64,000 nucleotides of DNA from Raillietiella orientalis (GCA_036172245.1 JAYWIR010000038.1:310001-374000), one strand, 5' to 3'. Positions 44,346 through 57,799 are shown, numbered from the stretch's first letter. The notes: generated by a model from the letters alone, not told the origin. A program made the numbers and translations.

Positions 44346-47300
44346 TCGAGTGGGATACCTCTCCCTGGAAACCAGCCGCGCCGCCTCTGTGCATTGCTGA
44401 CGGCGGGAGCCTGCGCATGGAGGAGGAGGTGAGGGGGCAACACTGCGGGTGGCGAAGACGCCCCTGGGCGTTTGCTTTTTCTCCCCTTTTGGGGGCGACG
44501 GGAGCTTCCGGGGAAGAGCAGCTCCTGGACGCCGCTTCCTCCTCGGAGTGCCGCTGGGGATTCGGTTGCCAGGATTTTAAAAAAAGTCCCCCCCCTTTTT
44601 TCGGGATCCTCATGAACGGGAAAGTGAACTCCGGTTGGAGGGTGCGCGCGCGGGTCGTCGTGCGCGGAGCTGCTCGGTGCGCTAGGACCCCCGGGAAGAG
44701 CGCGAGCGCGGCGGTTGTAACGAAACCTCCGAGTCGCCTCGCGTCGGCGGGGAGTAACGTCACGTGGCAACCGGGAGCAAAGATCAGCGCGCGGAGGGAC
44801 GGGCGGGCGCTCCCGGCTGGCGGGGCACGGCGCCCCCTGTAGTCCGCCGCCTCGAGAGTCCGGAGGGGGAGGCTGGGCGGGGCCAGAAACGAGAAGCGAG
44901 CCCCATGATTCCTCCCCTCCACCCGCGCGGCGCCCGTCCGGCGCAGCGGGGCGACGCTAGTGGCGCAACGCCACCGCGGGGCCAGGACGACCACCCGCGA
45001 TAAAGTCGCCTCGGAGGCAGCCGGGATGTTCCCGGAGCGGACGCCAAGGCAACGCCTGCCAACGATACGTCCCTGAGAAGATACGCGGGACACCACTCGA
45101 GCCGCTACCGTTTCCCGGAGGCGGTGATAAGATCCACAGGGGGCGCCTCTGAGCGGCGATAAGGAGGAGCCACCCTTAGGGGACGAGGAAACCTTCTCCG
45201 GCCGATCGCGCCGCCACCGGCGGCGGCCTCGTGGCGCTCTGCCCTTTGACCCCGGAGTGAGACCCTCCCTCCTCCACGACCCCCGCGCGCGGGGTCGTGA
45301 GGCTGTGCGGGCCCTCCACCGGAACCACAAGAGGGCTCTCGACCCTGCGAGCGCTTCCGGCCGCCTTTCGGAGGAACGGCCGCCCCGTCGCTTCTGCTCC
45401 AGATGGGACTCCAGCCCTCTCGGACGGGGGGCTCCCTACAAGCCGGGATGACCTTCCAAGGAGCGTCGCTCGGTCAGCCCGCCTTCCGGGCAAAGCCCTG
45501 CCGCCCCCGCCTCGTCTTCCGCGGTCCTCCCAAGAAGGCGGCGGATGGGTGCTCGGCGAGATTTTCCGGTCCCTTGCGCGCCCCGGGGAGTCTGCCGGCC
45601 GTCGTTCGGTCGGCTGCGCGACAGCCGCCCCGAGACGCTGGAGCTGACGAAGAAGAGGGAGGAAGCATCCTGGGAACCTCGTGACCATTTCGCAAGCCCT
45701 CCGGCGACGCGTAGGCGCGAGGAGGCCGCGCTAATCTTTGCGTCCCTTCCGACGCGGCGTGCGGATTTCCAAACGCGGCGGGACGGAGGCGTTTCCTCTT
45801 CTCCCCGCCGCGGCCTCATGGCGCTGCTCGCGCCCCGCCGCCGACCGACCGGCCGGCGCAATGGAGATGCTCCGCGGCGGGGCGGAGAGCTGTTAGCCGT
45901 CGCCGTCCGCACCGACATAATGGAGCTGTTGCCATGGAGCGTCCCGGGGCCGCTCGCCTGCGGACGTCCGCGCGAGGTGTCGCCGCGCGCACGCTCGAAA
46001 GTGGTGAGGACAGACACAAGGAAGAAAGCCCCAAGTGGGGGACGACGACCGGAGGGAGAAGAAACGCGGGCGCCATGGAGGTCATGGAGGAGGCTGCCCC
46101 GGGAGCAAGAGGGGCAGCTCGAGCATCGTTTGTTCACCGACCGCCGCCCAGGCGATACGGGCCCGATGCCTCGGCGGGCCAGGCAGCGGCAAGGAGAGCA
46201 GCGACCGGGTCAGCTTCCCACAGTCGGCCACCCGGAGCGGTTGCCCCTTCCCGGAAAACACGTTGCTCTCCCGGGAGTCTCCCGCCTTCCGCAGCGCGGA
46301 GGTGATGCTCTCCCTCCCCCGTTCCGGCAACAGCCTTGACGGCGGAGGGACGAAGGGCAGCCGGACACGCCTACCTCACCGTACCACTCGTCCTCTCGCC
46401 TGTCGGGAAACTCCTGGATACCGGCAGCAGCGACGCGGAGCGGCGGCGACAGCCAGGAACCGCCCGCGCGCGAGAGAAGGAGGGAGAGGGGGAGGAAAAG
46501 AGAAAGGTGAACGAACTCTCTGCGCCACGTGTGTCCCATCCGGCGAGAGGTGGGAACCGAAAGGCGACCGACGCGGGAGCAGCGTTGAAGGAGGGAACGA
46601 GGAACTGGAGGCGGGTTCGTCGCATCCGGGGAGGCGGGAGGGGAACGAACGCTGCGGGCTGCCGTGCGATTATCCGAGCCTCTGGGCCGGGTTGCGGACG
46701 GGCGAGTGGCGAGCACGGTCAGAGGTCGACGAGGAGCAAGTAAGCGTGTCCAAAGGTCAACGAAGGAAGAGGCGTCTGCGGCCCTTCTAGTCACAGAGGA
46801 GATTGCGCGAGACGTTCCGGGATCTTGCGGCCACCGTCGCTTCCTTTCCTCCCCTCTAGCGGGCAGGTCCGCAAGCAAAACGCCGTGTGGGAAACGGACG
46901 CCAGCTGGCGCGCGGATCGCTGATCCAGATCTCCTCCTCCCCCTCTCCTTCGGGAGTCCCAAAGGCGTCCCGTAGTGGCCTCGCCTCCGAGTTTCCTTCA
47001 ATTCGCGCTTCCCTCTAGCAGACGAAGGTTGCAGCCCGCTCTTCCGGCGGCGTCAGAGGGTACAAGTCTCCTTATTCGGCATCCCTGGGTACTGGGACCG
47101 GGGCACCTGAAGCTCCCTGAAGAGCTGCTTTTCCTTGGAGATTGCGGACTGAGCGCTGGGGTTACCGACCCTGCTTTCATGCCTCGCTCTTGTGTCAGGC
47201 GAGGCAGTGGCTTTGTGGAAGGTCCTTGCCAACACTTCTGTTCCCCCAGGGGAGTGGGCGGCCAGGAAAACTCATGGGCGCGCACCGCCCTCATCTCCCA

Positions 47301-48274
47301 GCGTCGACAGTCCCATCCCGCGCGTCCTACACGGCGACGGCGCCACCAATCGAGCCTCGAACGCGATGGCATTTTCAGACCGCCGGAGGTTGCGTGTTGA
47401 GCCCGAAGGCTTGGCGCTTTCGAGGGAGGACGTTCCCCTGCAGGCAGACTCTGAGGTCAGGCAGTGACCTCTTGACGTGGGGCTTGCAAGGATGTCATGG
47501 TAGACGGTAGAGGTACAGAAGGATCCCCGTGTCCCCCCATGGCATCGGTATCCGCGCGGGTTGCAAGCGGCTCGCAGAGTGCGGCTCCAACTTTCGATCG
47601 GGCGCCCGCGGTGAATCAGCGGACGCTCCAAGAGGCAGCCGGGAGCCTCCGCAAGGGCGTCGCCAGCCAAGGGGCGACCAGCGTGGACGCCTGCGTGCCC
47701 AGGTGGCGTAAGAGGGGCGCGTGCGGCACTGGCTGCGAGGCGTTCGGGCATCGAGTCGGCGCGCCATCCGGGTGCAGGCGCGTCCCCATGGTGAAGGCAG
47801 ACCCTGAGGCCACGCCCATCCGGCGCCTCGTCCGAGCCGCGGTAGCGGAACACTTTACTGCCAAAAGGACGGCAGGGGGAGGGGGAGGCGAAGGTAACCG
47901 AAGCAGAAGAGCCGGCAGGCATCTGGAGCCAACAAAAGAGTGCCAGAAGCAGGGGCGGAGGTGGCAAATGAGAGAGGCCCTGCCACCGGGAACCAGCATG
48001 GAGCCATCCTCCAGAACGTCGCCAGCAACGAGCGCCGCGTCCCGGCCTAAGAGCCAGCTGATTGGCGCGAAACCAGCGAGGCGACGACCAGAACATCGCT
48101 CTGGGGAAAGAGGACGACGACCAGGCAGCGCTCCGTGCCGGAAGGGCCGAGCGATCCCCAGGAGCCCCGAAAGTAGGGGCTCGGGACGACCAGCAGCCCA
48201 GAAGAGTCCCCAACAGTCCCTCCTCCCTGCTGCAGTTCCGAGAAATCGACGGGGCCTGGAGAACCCAGAAGGAC

Positions 48275-49560
48275 GATTATCACCCGGTTATGTCGGGGCA
48301 TTTATTACTCAAAATAATAGAATACATTTTTGTGGGAGACGTTCGTTCTACCATGCGCAGTGGACCTGCCGAAGGTTGGTGCCGAAGAGTAGTGCGCAGA
48401 CCGACGAGATCCCTTCGGCAGCGTGGGGGAAGGGAAAACAAAACACAAACAAAACGGAGCCGGAGAACTTACACACGGGGAGGAGGGAGGACCGAGGAAG
48501 AGATCACACAATAGTCTGCCAGGTGTCCTTGACATCCTGTTCAGGATGTCGGCAGGTTCTGTCTGGACGGTGTCCACGTGGGCCGATCTCGAGACAGTCC
48601 TCAGGAAGATCCACACCCGGTGGATGTCGCCCCTGTCATTCTGGCATCTTCTTCCGGCGTTCCAGGCTGCCACCATCCCGCGGAAGCAGCAAAGAACTTC
48701 CAGGGACGCGTCCGGCGGCAGAGCGGCACCACGCGCGAAGAGGCGTCTGAAAATGCCCCTGAGACTTCCCGTCAGGATTGCTAGGATCGTTGTGAGGCGA
48801 TCCCAAAGGGGTCGGAGGGCAGCACTGTCTGGCAGCAAGTGCGAGAGGATCTCTTTCTTCCCGCACCTGTCGCACTGAGCGCCCACTCTCCTCCCCGTGT
48901 CCAGTGGTGAAGGCGCTCTTTGCACGGGATTTCCCCATGCACCACCAGCAACGCCGACTCCTGCTGCTTGAGGGTGAGTGCGCCACTGCTCCAGCATGCT
49001 GGAGGCCACTTCACCTTCTCCGGAGGGATGTCGAGCAGCTCTCCCCAGTCCATAGAAGTCCGTGGGGTGGGACACTCGGAGTCTCAGCGTCCGTGACCTC
49101 CCGAGTTGTCCACGTCCCCAGACGTTTCGTCTTTGCAGGACTTCACTTCCCACCTCGCCGGAATTACTCTGTTCCTTTCTTTCCTGAGGGCGGCACTGGG
49201 GCAAGGGGGGTAGACGAGGCCCACCGCATCTCCTGTGGGTTGCGGATGATCTTGCGAGTGTTGACGTTTCGCTGCAGGCAGGCGTCCCTGCCTCGCCGTG
49301 GATCTTCCCTCAGGCGAAGACCGATTCCTAAATACAGGTTGCAGTGCAGTTCGTGGGAAGGCAGGAGATCCAGGCGTTCTCTTCTACCAGGGCAACCATC
49401 TGGTATCCGCAACGCCTCAGCAGTCTCTCGCGAGCGACGAGGAGGGATGTGAGTCCCTCGCAGCCGGTTGCTCTCTTCGCGAGGAGCCATGATGGTGAGC
49501 ATCAGGGCGTTGTCCATAGTCTCGCCGCGAATCGACCCAGGACGATGGAAACCCTATTGG
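48275..49560 (-). mobile_element. 5'-truncated L1/Tx1-like LINE 3' end (same family as 1-945)
   Basis: ALLVVHGEIPCKERLHHWTRG...QCDRCGKKEILSHLL...LW...ASLEVLCCFRGMVAA aligns with the 1-945 copy (HHWTRG; ASLAALCCLRGIVAA). The 3' UTR also aligns and contains AATAAA. Confidence 0.65.
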
Positions 49561-49704
49561 GTTCTTCTGCCTTCGCTGTTATTCCTGTCAGCTTTTTTTT
49601 TTTTTGGTTCGCTGAGTTACTCAAGAGCCGTCGCGTTCCTGGTGGTGGCTCACGCAGCTCCTTGAGGCCGTTGCACGCCACTCGAGGGTGCGTGTAATTT
49701 TTCA

Positions 49705-50430
49705 AGATAGGGGTTACCCCGAGAGGGACCGCCCTATGAATCCAGGAAGGGCTCGGAGTCCGTTCTTCTCACGCCTGGGGAGGGATCCCCGGAATAGAGA
49801 TTACCTCCACCCTGGTTGTCTCCGAAGGGGAACCCCGAAGGGGAATCTCCTCTTTCTTGTTCTCTCCGGAGGGACCCTGCAGGGGTCCGCTCCATTTTCT
49901 CTCCTCCGAAGGGACCCGGAAAGCATCCAACCATCAGAAATTCCTTCTCCGGAGGGGACCCGCAAGGGAACCGCTCCCTGTCTTCTCCTCTGAAAAGAGC
50001 CCCGAAGGGACGCTTCCCAATTTTCTCAGAAGGGCTCTGCTCCCCCGGGGGGAGAGGCTCGCTTCGCTGCACTCTCTGGATAGGTGGCGACACCTACTCC
50101 ATCTGAACGAACCGGAGGGGTCCCCACGCTAGGGGGTGCTCTCTCCTTTGTACAACTGGAGGGGGAACTCTCTATTCCTTGATTTCTGGAAGGATCCGGA
50201 GGTCGTCTTCCAATCCCGGCCACTCATCGGGGGCATCCTGTTTGAACCGCAACCAGTGCCGCCGCAGCCGAATGAATAGAGGTTAACCAGCGTCATCTCG
50301 CAGGAGGAAATCTAACCCGTGACGCACCCCCATCTTTCGGCGTCGACCCTTCTCCGGGTGGGGATTCGAACCCGAGAGGCTTGATGGTGCCACGCGCGGA
50401 GACCGTAACTACATGACCTCCGACGCGGAC
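49705..50430 (-). mobile_element. tRNA-derived SINE family, most complete copy (~720 bp)
   Basis: Minus-strand head ccgcgtcggaggtcatgtagttacggtctccgcgc...ctcGGGTTCGAATCCCcacc has A-box-like and canonical B-box (50361-50372) elements. The body is shared with the 41810-42295 and 44100-44345 copies and has internal ~40-bp ctccg(a/g)agggacc subrepeats. Confidence 0.75.
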
Positions 50431-52114
50431 CGCCGTGACCACTTCGCACGCTCAGCCCGGTTCACCAAGCCACCCTCGAGCTCCAACGGCCAGCTGGCTG
50501 CTAGTGAGCTCCAGGCCGTCTCCGTGACGCGGCCACGTCGCTCGGGGTTCGCGCAGCCCCGTCCGGGCCGCCTGCGCGAGGGGAAGCGCCGGCCTCTGCG
50601 CGCAGGAGCGGCGCGGACTCGTCATGGAGACCGAACCGCGCTGAAGAGTCGCGAAAGGGGTGGGGAGCGTGCCGGCTGCTGACTGATGGATGCGGCCAGC
50701 GACGAGCCGCAAGCCTGGAGACCACTCCCTGAACGGCGACGACGAGGCGGGAAGCTGTGCACGGGGGTCCACCGGACGCTCTCCCCAGCCCTCCCCTTCC
50801 TTCCGGAGGGCGAGGGAGCGACGGGCATGCCCTCTTTCTGGATGGTCCCTGAGGAGGGTCCAGGACTCCGGCGGGCATCAGCCGATGCCTGGTCCAGGGT
50901 GGAGACCGCAAAGTCGACCAGCACAAGTCGGCTCGAACGGCGTGCTGCCCCAAGGGCGCTCTACGAGGCGGCCCTCTTCCAGAGAAGGGTCGGGCGGAAG
51001 TGGGCAGCTGCTGAGAGGGTCCGCCCATCCGCGAGGAGAAGGCGTGGCTGGAGTGGAGCCGCCGGCGCTCGGGTGCTCTGACGTCAGTCCTCATGGACGG
51101 ATCGGGGGCGTGTCCAGCAGGGTCGGCTGGCTGGCCGTCACGCCCCTGCAGGAGATGCCTTGGCACTGCCTCTCCAGGTCGTGGACGTCCATTTCCTCCC
51201 CCACGTACCCGACCCCTGTCCACGGAGACCGAGGTGCAGCGGGGTATCCGCGCGGAGGAATCGCGGAGACGGCCCACCCCGGGTGACCCGAAGCGGCACC
51301 CTCGCTAGGGGACGGGAGGAGGAGTCAGAGGCCACCCCTCCCCTCCGGAGTGGTGGCTTCTCCAAAGAATCGGGGGGGGGGGGGACGCACCGAAGGTCCG
51401 GTCTGGCCACACGCGAACGGTCCGCCGCCATCGGACGCGCGGGCAGCCGGGCCGACCCATAGCCACGGAGGAGGACGCCCATCGCCTCGGCAAGGCGGAA
51501 GTTGTGGCGTGCCCGCCAGGGTCTAGCCGCCCCTCCAGACCAGGGAGCGACCGTCCGGTGGGGCGACCTCCTGTTTTTGACGTGGAGGGGCTCCGGGTGG
51601 CCCGGAGGATCAACTGCCGGAGGGGCAGCCGCCGAGAGGAGTCCGGAAGGGATGGACGGTCCCGGCCCTGATGGCAGAGCGACAGCGCAAGGGTGGACGG
51701 TCTGTGTCCCGTGGGAAAGGACGAAGGGGACGGCGGCGTTCCCCGGTGCAGGCGGTCCCGCGGCGAGGATCACGATGGGCTTCTCCGTCGCGGGCGCCGT
51801 GGCCGGCAGGGCCGGGCCGAGACGGCGAGGGAAGACAGTGGCGGCCATGGAATCTCCGGGTGGGCCCCCATACGGAGGGGGATGGACTCGGGGATCTCCC
51901 GGGGGGGGGGGGGAGGGAGAATCCTCTCCTGGACCAGGATCCTCTCCCTTGTGCGGCTGCGCCCAGCTGGGAGACCCCCAGTCCTCCGGGACCCCAATCG
52001 TAGGTCCCCAAGTCGGAATCCCCGGACGCAGGGCGCCATGCTGAAAGTGGAAGGTGAAAGCGCGCCCGCTCGCCTGTGCGCCCATCCTTCTCGCCCGGTG
52101 TGCAAGTTGCGTGC

Positions 52115-52606
52115 AAAAATAAATAAATAAAGGAATCATCGTACATGAATAAATAAATGGTAACTAAATAAATGATAAATAAAGAAATCAGAAAGACAGA
52201 AAGGATAAATAAACAATAAAAATAAAACAAGTATATAAAGAAATAAATAACAATACGTTAACCAATAAATAGTACATGGATAAATAAACGGCAGGTAAAC
52301 TAATAAGTAAACGGTATGTAAATAAATAAATGATAAATAAAGAAATTAGAAATAAATAATAAAGATAAAAAGAAGTATATAAATAATAAATAAAAATACA
52401 TGCATAAAGAAAGAAATAAAGTAACAAAGGAATAAATAAATAAAGGAAGACATACGTACATACACTCATGAATAAAGAAATAAATAAACAAAGAAAGGAG
52501 TAAAGAAATACATAAGTGCAAGAATTACAATTGATCAATTGATCAAGAAATGAATACATTAATAAAAATAAATAAAGGGAGAAATAAATGAAGTATGATA
52601 AATAAG
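52115..52606. repeat. A-rich (AAAT/AAAG)n low-complexity tract
   Basis: Directly visible aataaataaa/aaagaaataaa repeats over ~490 bp. Confidence 0.9.
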
Positions 52607-54206
52607 TGCGTGAGTGAACAAAGGGGTGGGCGCACCCCACCTCTTGCCGGATGTGGGGAGAACGAGCGCCCGGAGGGTCCGATGGGCTTCCAGCGAGGGC
52701 GGCAATTTCCGGCCGAGGTCTTTGCGCCCCGTTCGTCCTTCTGGGCACGCGACCGCGCCCTCATTGCGCGCGGTCCTTGGGGGTCTCCGGGATGGAGCCC
52801 GCAGCGGCAGCGATGGGGCGCGCGGTCAAGGGGGATGCCGGAGATCGCCGCTGGAGGGCAGAGGCAAAAGCGGCGGGTTTGACCCGTGGGGCTGTCTCAG
52901 AGGCTCGGCTTCCTCCTCCCTCCTCACGACCAGGTTATTCTTCCTGGCTCGTTCGGGGGGCCGGAGAGAGAGCAGCAACAGGAGGGTCGCACTTTACCCG
53001 TGCCGAGTTTCCTCCTCTCGTTCACGCCGGCAACGCGCTGCCCAGCCCCCGGAGTCCCATGGGAACCGAGGCAGATGCACTCCCCCTCTTCCTTCCCCTC
53101 ACTCCTCCGTCAAACGCAAAAAACGCATGCGAAAAAAGAAAGAAAGAAAGAAAGAAAGAGGCGCGCAGACTTTCGGAATCGGCTTGAACTTTTCGCAGGG
53201 CGGGACCTCCCGAGGATTCGGGAAGCAGAAGTTTTCGACTGGGTTCCGCAGGGATGCGTACGGGCGATCACGCACGACTCCGCGAAGCGCGCGCAGGCAC
53301 GCACGCCTCAGGACGCAACCATGACGACGAGGAGGGTGGACGTCCTCCCGCTTCTCGGGGAGAGGCAGGAGTCCTCCCGCTCGCGGCGTGGCCGCGGGAC
53401 TCCCTCCCGAGATCTTGAAATCCAAAGTCCGCCGGGACCGGGCGGCTCCACGCAGTACTGAAATGCAACGCGGCGCTCCCCCGCAAACGCGGGTCCGCGC
53501 GATCGGTCCATCTCGGACGACGCGGGAGTAGGGCTGGCGGCACCTGGCACCAAGGCCTACCGCATCCAGAGGTGCGTCCGGACTTGAGACGCGACGAAAA
53601 GGAGGAGACGGCATCTCGACGGAGGCACCGAGCTTTCCGTTCGCATCCGCCCTTCTTCGTAGAGACCGGCAGGTCGCTGAGATCAGTGCGATTTCGACTC
53701 GCGAAGCGGTCGCAGATCTCCGAGACGCGTCGCCGGTGCCTGCGGGCTATCGGACTCTTCTTATCGGACGGCAGCGGAAGACGAGCAGCCATCGAAGTTC
53801 CCTTCCTCTGGGATGTTTTGTGACGTGGGGAGGAAGCTCGGGAAAGTTTCACCCCGAGGTTCAGCCTCCGGTAGAGCGCTGGACCATGGGAAACCAAAGC
53901 GAACGGCGAGCGTCCGCCGGCTCTTTTCCGAAGACGAGACCTTCTTGGCACGCAGCCCAAGTGGGAGAGAGCGAACGGGAAGATTTCCGGTGCATTCCGA
54001 AAGCCTCCTTCCGCTTTCCTGCCTTCCGTTCCAGAGGCCGGGAGCTCTTCCGACGGATGCCCGGAGCGCCGCCGAACGCTCCTCGCAGAGCAGCCGCTGC
54101 CGTGACCGGCTGCCCCGCCGCCAAGGACGCGTCGTGAGGCGGACCCCCCCTCTTCCCTCTCGCCGGCAAGCAGGACCGAAGGAATCGAAACCGACAAACA
54201 CAACAG

Positions 54207-54212
54207 TTTATT
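54207..54212 (-). terminator. Polyadenylation signal of the secreted-protein gene
   Basis: AATAAA on the minus strand ~130 nt after stop 54341, followed by GT-rich ctgttgtgtttgtcgg. Confidence 0.6.
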
Positions 54213-54340
54213 GAGAAAATAATAAAAAATAATGGATCCGCTGGACACCCCTGAACACTCCAGGGCAGTACACGTGGGATGAACGTGGGCCGTGAACCCG
54301 CCGTCGATCGAGATATTTTCCGGAGTGGGCCGGCTCGCTG

Positions 54341-56695
54341 TCACTGATTCCGGGAGAATAAGTTGATGATGCTGTCCCCGAAGTTCTGCAGGCCTTCCCG
54401 GACCCTGTCCGAGACGTTCGCCACAAACGAGAACATCCCCCTGACGGCCCGCTGGAAGGGCGCCAGGATGCCGGGCGTTTCGACGTCCAGCTCTTCCAGC
54501 ACTTCCCCCTGCCGCTGGATCGAATTCCTCCTTCGCGGGGACAGCTGGGACGCCTCCTGGTCGGGATCACTGCAACCTTTCGCGAAAACTCTCCCCGTAC
54601 CTCCTCGTCCTTCGTCCGGTCTTGGTCCAGCTGGCGGCGCTTGAGACTGTGATCGTGGCCGGCAAGGTCGCCAGATCTCTTGTGAAGGTACTGCGTTTCC
54701 ACCCCCAGCGGGTAAGTGTACAGCTGAGGTCCCACGTCAGCCACATACTGTATGTCCCCCACTTCTGGCCAGGTGACCTTGAAACCTACTCTGGAATCCG
54801 TTCCTGAAAGGTGCGACAGTTCGTCGAATCACGAGGAACACCACCGGCGGCAGCGCGCGCAGGGGGGGGGGGAGGGGGTCGACCTCCGCGGGGCGATTCA
54901 TCCCGCGTCATGGCAAGGGAAGGAAGCGACCACTCGGGACGATACTGGGGAGCCGGGCGGGCTCTCGGGCAAAGGCAACGGGGCAGTCGGCTGCTGGCTG
55001 CCGCCGCCGGCCCAGCAGCCGACTCCGGAATGTCCGGTCGGCACAGCGTCACGAGGTTTTTCTCCCATTCTCCCACCGCGGGTGCAGACTTGAAACTGGA
55101 TCCGCCGTTCCCGTTATTTTAATATTCCCAGAGATGACCTGTTCATCTGATCCCCCCCCCCCCCACACACACAAAAAAAAAACACACACACACACACACA
55201 CACACATCGCAAGCGAAAGAAAGAGAACGACCTGCGTCATTTCATTGTAACCTTTCGGCAGTTCGGTCGGGAACATTTAGGGCAATTTGCCCGCGTGCGA
55301 TTGGCCATCGGATGCCGATGAGGATCCGATTGGCTCAACGGGTCCACAGTTAGGCTTAACACGCTAACGGTAGCAGGGCGACTTCGCCGGCATGCCAAGT
55401 GGGGGTCCGCAGGCCGAACCTGTCGATCGCCATGCCGATTCCCAGCGCAGGAAGAGTCTCCCCGGGCGAGGTGGGAGGAAACTGGCTCGGGGAAGGGGGT
55501 GGAGGAAGAAGGAAAGGCCACTCGGACAAGACCGCTTTTGTCTCGTGCGCGCCGATTCCGTCGCGTCGCCGTCTGCGCCTCTCGAGGAGTCAAGTCAACG
55601 GCCTCCGTGCCCTCCGCGCAGGGGTAGCTGCTCAGTAGCGGGACCGGCTGCTGCCCTCCCCGCCCCTCTAGTATTCCGAGTCAACCGGTGCTGTCGTTGC
55701 TTTTTGCTTAGTCTCCCACCCCCACCCCCCTTTTTGTGTTTTTCTTTTTTTTTGGATGGAGGATTGGCCAGGAGGAGGAGACCCACCGTCACCCTTCCCC
55801 CGTCACCCCTTCCGTTCCCGGCGGAGCGGCTCCGGACACTTCACGCAGCACGAGGAAGGCGGCCCTCGACACGTGGAGGACACACGCCTCGTGCAGGATG
55901 CTCATCTCGAGTGGACGCGACGGACATCCTCTCTCGGACGGACCGCCTGTTCCCGCCCGACCCGGCCCTTACCCCCCAGAAACGCTACTGGAAAACGGCG
56001 GGAAGACGAAACCGTCTCACTTACCTCCATCCGACTTGGGGATCAGATGCTTTGCCAAGGAGTAGATGCTCGCGCCGAAGGCTCCTGCAAAAGACCCGTC
56101 CGTCAGTGCGAACGACGCCCCCAGGGGAAGGTGGGGAGCGGGGAACTCCTCTGCCTTTTCGAGAGAAGACGATTGCTCCTCCGAGAAGCAGCGGGGGACC
56201 GCATCCCTCCTCCCTCTCTTCCCGGCCTGCGGGCAGGGAGGAAGGATCACCGGCCGAAGGGACGGGGGTTCTCGTCAGAGTGTCCCCGGGAAACGCGGGC
56301 TCTCCCATTCCACTCCTCATCCCCTTTCCTTCCAGAAAGAGGGTGGGGGAAGTGAGGCTAAGGGCTTCTCCGAAGTGCACGAGTCCCAAAGGAGGGGAGG
56401 GAGAGGGTGGTGGTCGCGTGACGCGGCGCGAAAGCGTGACCAGCGGCCTTGTGCGGAGCCAGGTAGCTTGCGGCGCCGCGGAGGGAGGAGACCGCTCTTC
56501 CCGGGGGGGAGGGAGAGAGGGTGGTAGAGGGTAGGGAGTCTAACTCCCTCCCAATCGGTTGGGGAGCCGCGCTCTCTCCACGCCCCCGGGGAAGCCCGTA
56601 GGGGGAGAGGGGGGGGGGAGGAGGGGGAACTCACCTGGGGCAAGGCAGGAGACGGCGAAAAGGAGGAGCACGGGAACTTCGCGGGACTTCCGCAT
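54341..56695 (-). CDS. Unrecognised small secreted precursor protein, ~159 aa, 3 coding exons
   Basis: Exons 56635-56695 (MRKSREVPVLLLFAVSCLAP, signal-peptide-like, strong CAG|GTGAGT donor, phase 1), 54601-54803 (after TTTCAG; GTDSRVGFKVTWPEVGDIQYVADVGPQLYTYPLGVETQYLHKRSGDLAGHDHSLKRRQLDQDRTKDEE) and 54341-54556 (EASQLSPRRRNSIQRQGEVLEELDVETPGILAPFQRAVRGMFSFVANVSDRVREGLQNFGDSIINLFSRNQ*). Phases are consistent and a poly(A) signal follows. Confidence 0.7.
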
Positions 56696-57799
56696 TCCGG
56701 GGGACGAGGATCACGGAGGTGTGCACTCCGAGCACGTTTCGGAAGAAATGACCGGCAAGTCCGCAAGTGGCTCCAATTTAGGTGGGACGGGGAAGTAGGT
56801 CGTGCGCGAGGCGGCTTCCGCGTCTCCGAGCGTGTGCGCGCGCGCGGCAGGGAGGAGTGGGGGGGGGGGAAGGGGGAGGAGTATGGGGGAGAAACTGGAC
56901 CAGAAGGCAGGAGACGTTCACAAAAGACGGCGGCGGCGAACGGGTGGCTTTTCTGCTTTTCGGGGGCAGCGGCGTGTGGCGCACCGGCGCTCCCGGTGAA
57001 GAAAGGGGAGAAGGAAACGTACGTGCCTCCTCCTTCCCTCCCTCCCCCCCGCCCCCCGCCTCCCTGCCCCATCGGAGCAGGGGCACACGTGACACTCTCT
57101 GCCACGTCATTCAAAAGGATGCATCGAAGAAAGGGGGCAACCCGCGCGGGTCCCATGGAAAGCAAGAAAAAGCCACGCACAAAAAAAGGAGTGGGGGGGG
57201 AGGGGAGACACAAAAAATGATTGGAGAGATTCTTGGCCGCTCCCAGCGAGACCGACCACCCGAGGTTCCCAGGGTGCATCCGCAAGAGATGCTCAGTCTG
57301 AAAGGCAAGTCCTCGGAGCAACTCACCTCCCCAGGCTCCCGGGGAGTCTCTCCGCAGCCGACGCTGCAGACGGATGTGGCGGAGGAAGGGAACCCCCGCT
57401 GTCTTCGGCGGTGCGGCGACGAGTCTGGAAGGAACAAGTCACTCCCCTCCTCCAAGCGGGGAAAGCGTTGCCGTAAAGATGGCATCTTTATGGATGCTTA
57501 GTCCACTCAACCTTCCCCGGGACGGAGAGTCGCGCGCATGGGAAAAGGAATGGGAAAGACCTCTTCCGGATTCCCTTCCTCGGGCTCGCCAATTTCCGCA
57601 GGGACACCCCACCTTCCCCTCTCGCTCTCACGCGTCAGACCCCGAGTTCGGGATCGTCCGAGATGGGGCGAACGCGGGGTGGCATCGCATGATCCTCCAC
57701 ACGCTTCCGGTCTTCCGTGTCGGCGCCTCCTCCGGGAGCAGCAGTTGTCGGCATCGAGGGAGGCAGAATGAAGATTTCGGGTCGATCTGGCGCGCTCCG

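Noticed and set aside
49700..50030. CRISPR-like repeat-spacer array or other prokaryotic system
   Set aside because: The units are degenerate subrepeats inside a SINE, there are no cas genes, and the window is clearly intron-containing eukaryotic DNA.
50355..50430. tRNA gene
   Set aside because: The B box is present, but there is no proper cloverleaf or acceptor stem, and it is attached to a repeated body, so it is a SINE head.
52188..52748. Hydrophobic F/L/I/Y-rich membrane-protein-like ORFs
   Set aside because: Translation of the (TTTA)n low-complexity tract.
42700..54200. Many long overlapping ORFs (200-420 aa) rich in R/P/G/A/S
   Set aside because: Expected in GC-rich DNA with few stop codons. 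They occur in all six frames and show no recognisable domains beyond TE remnants.
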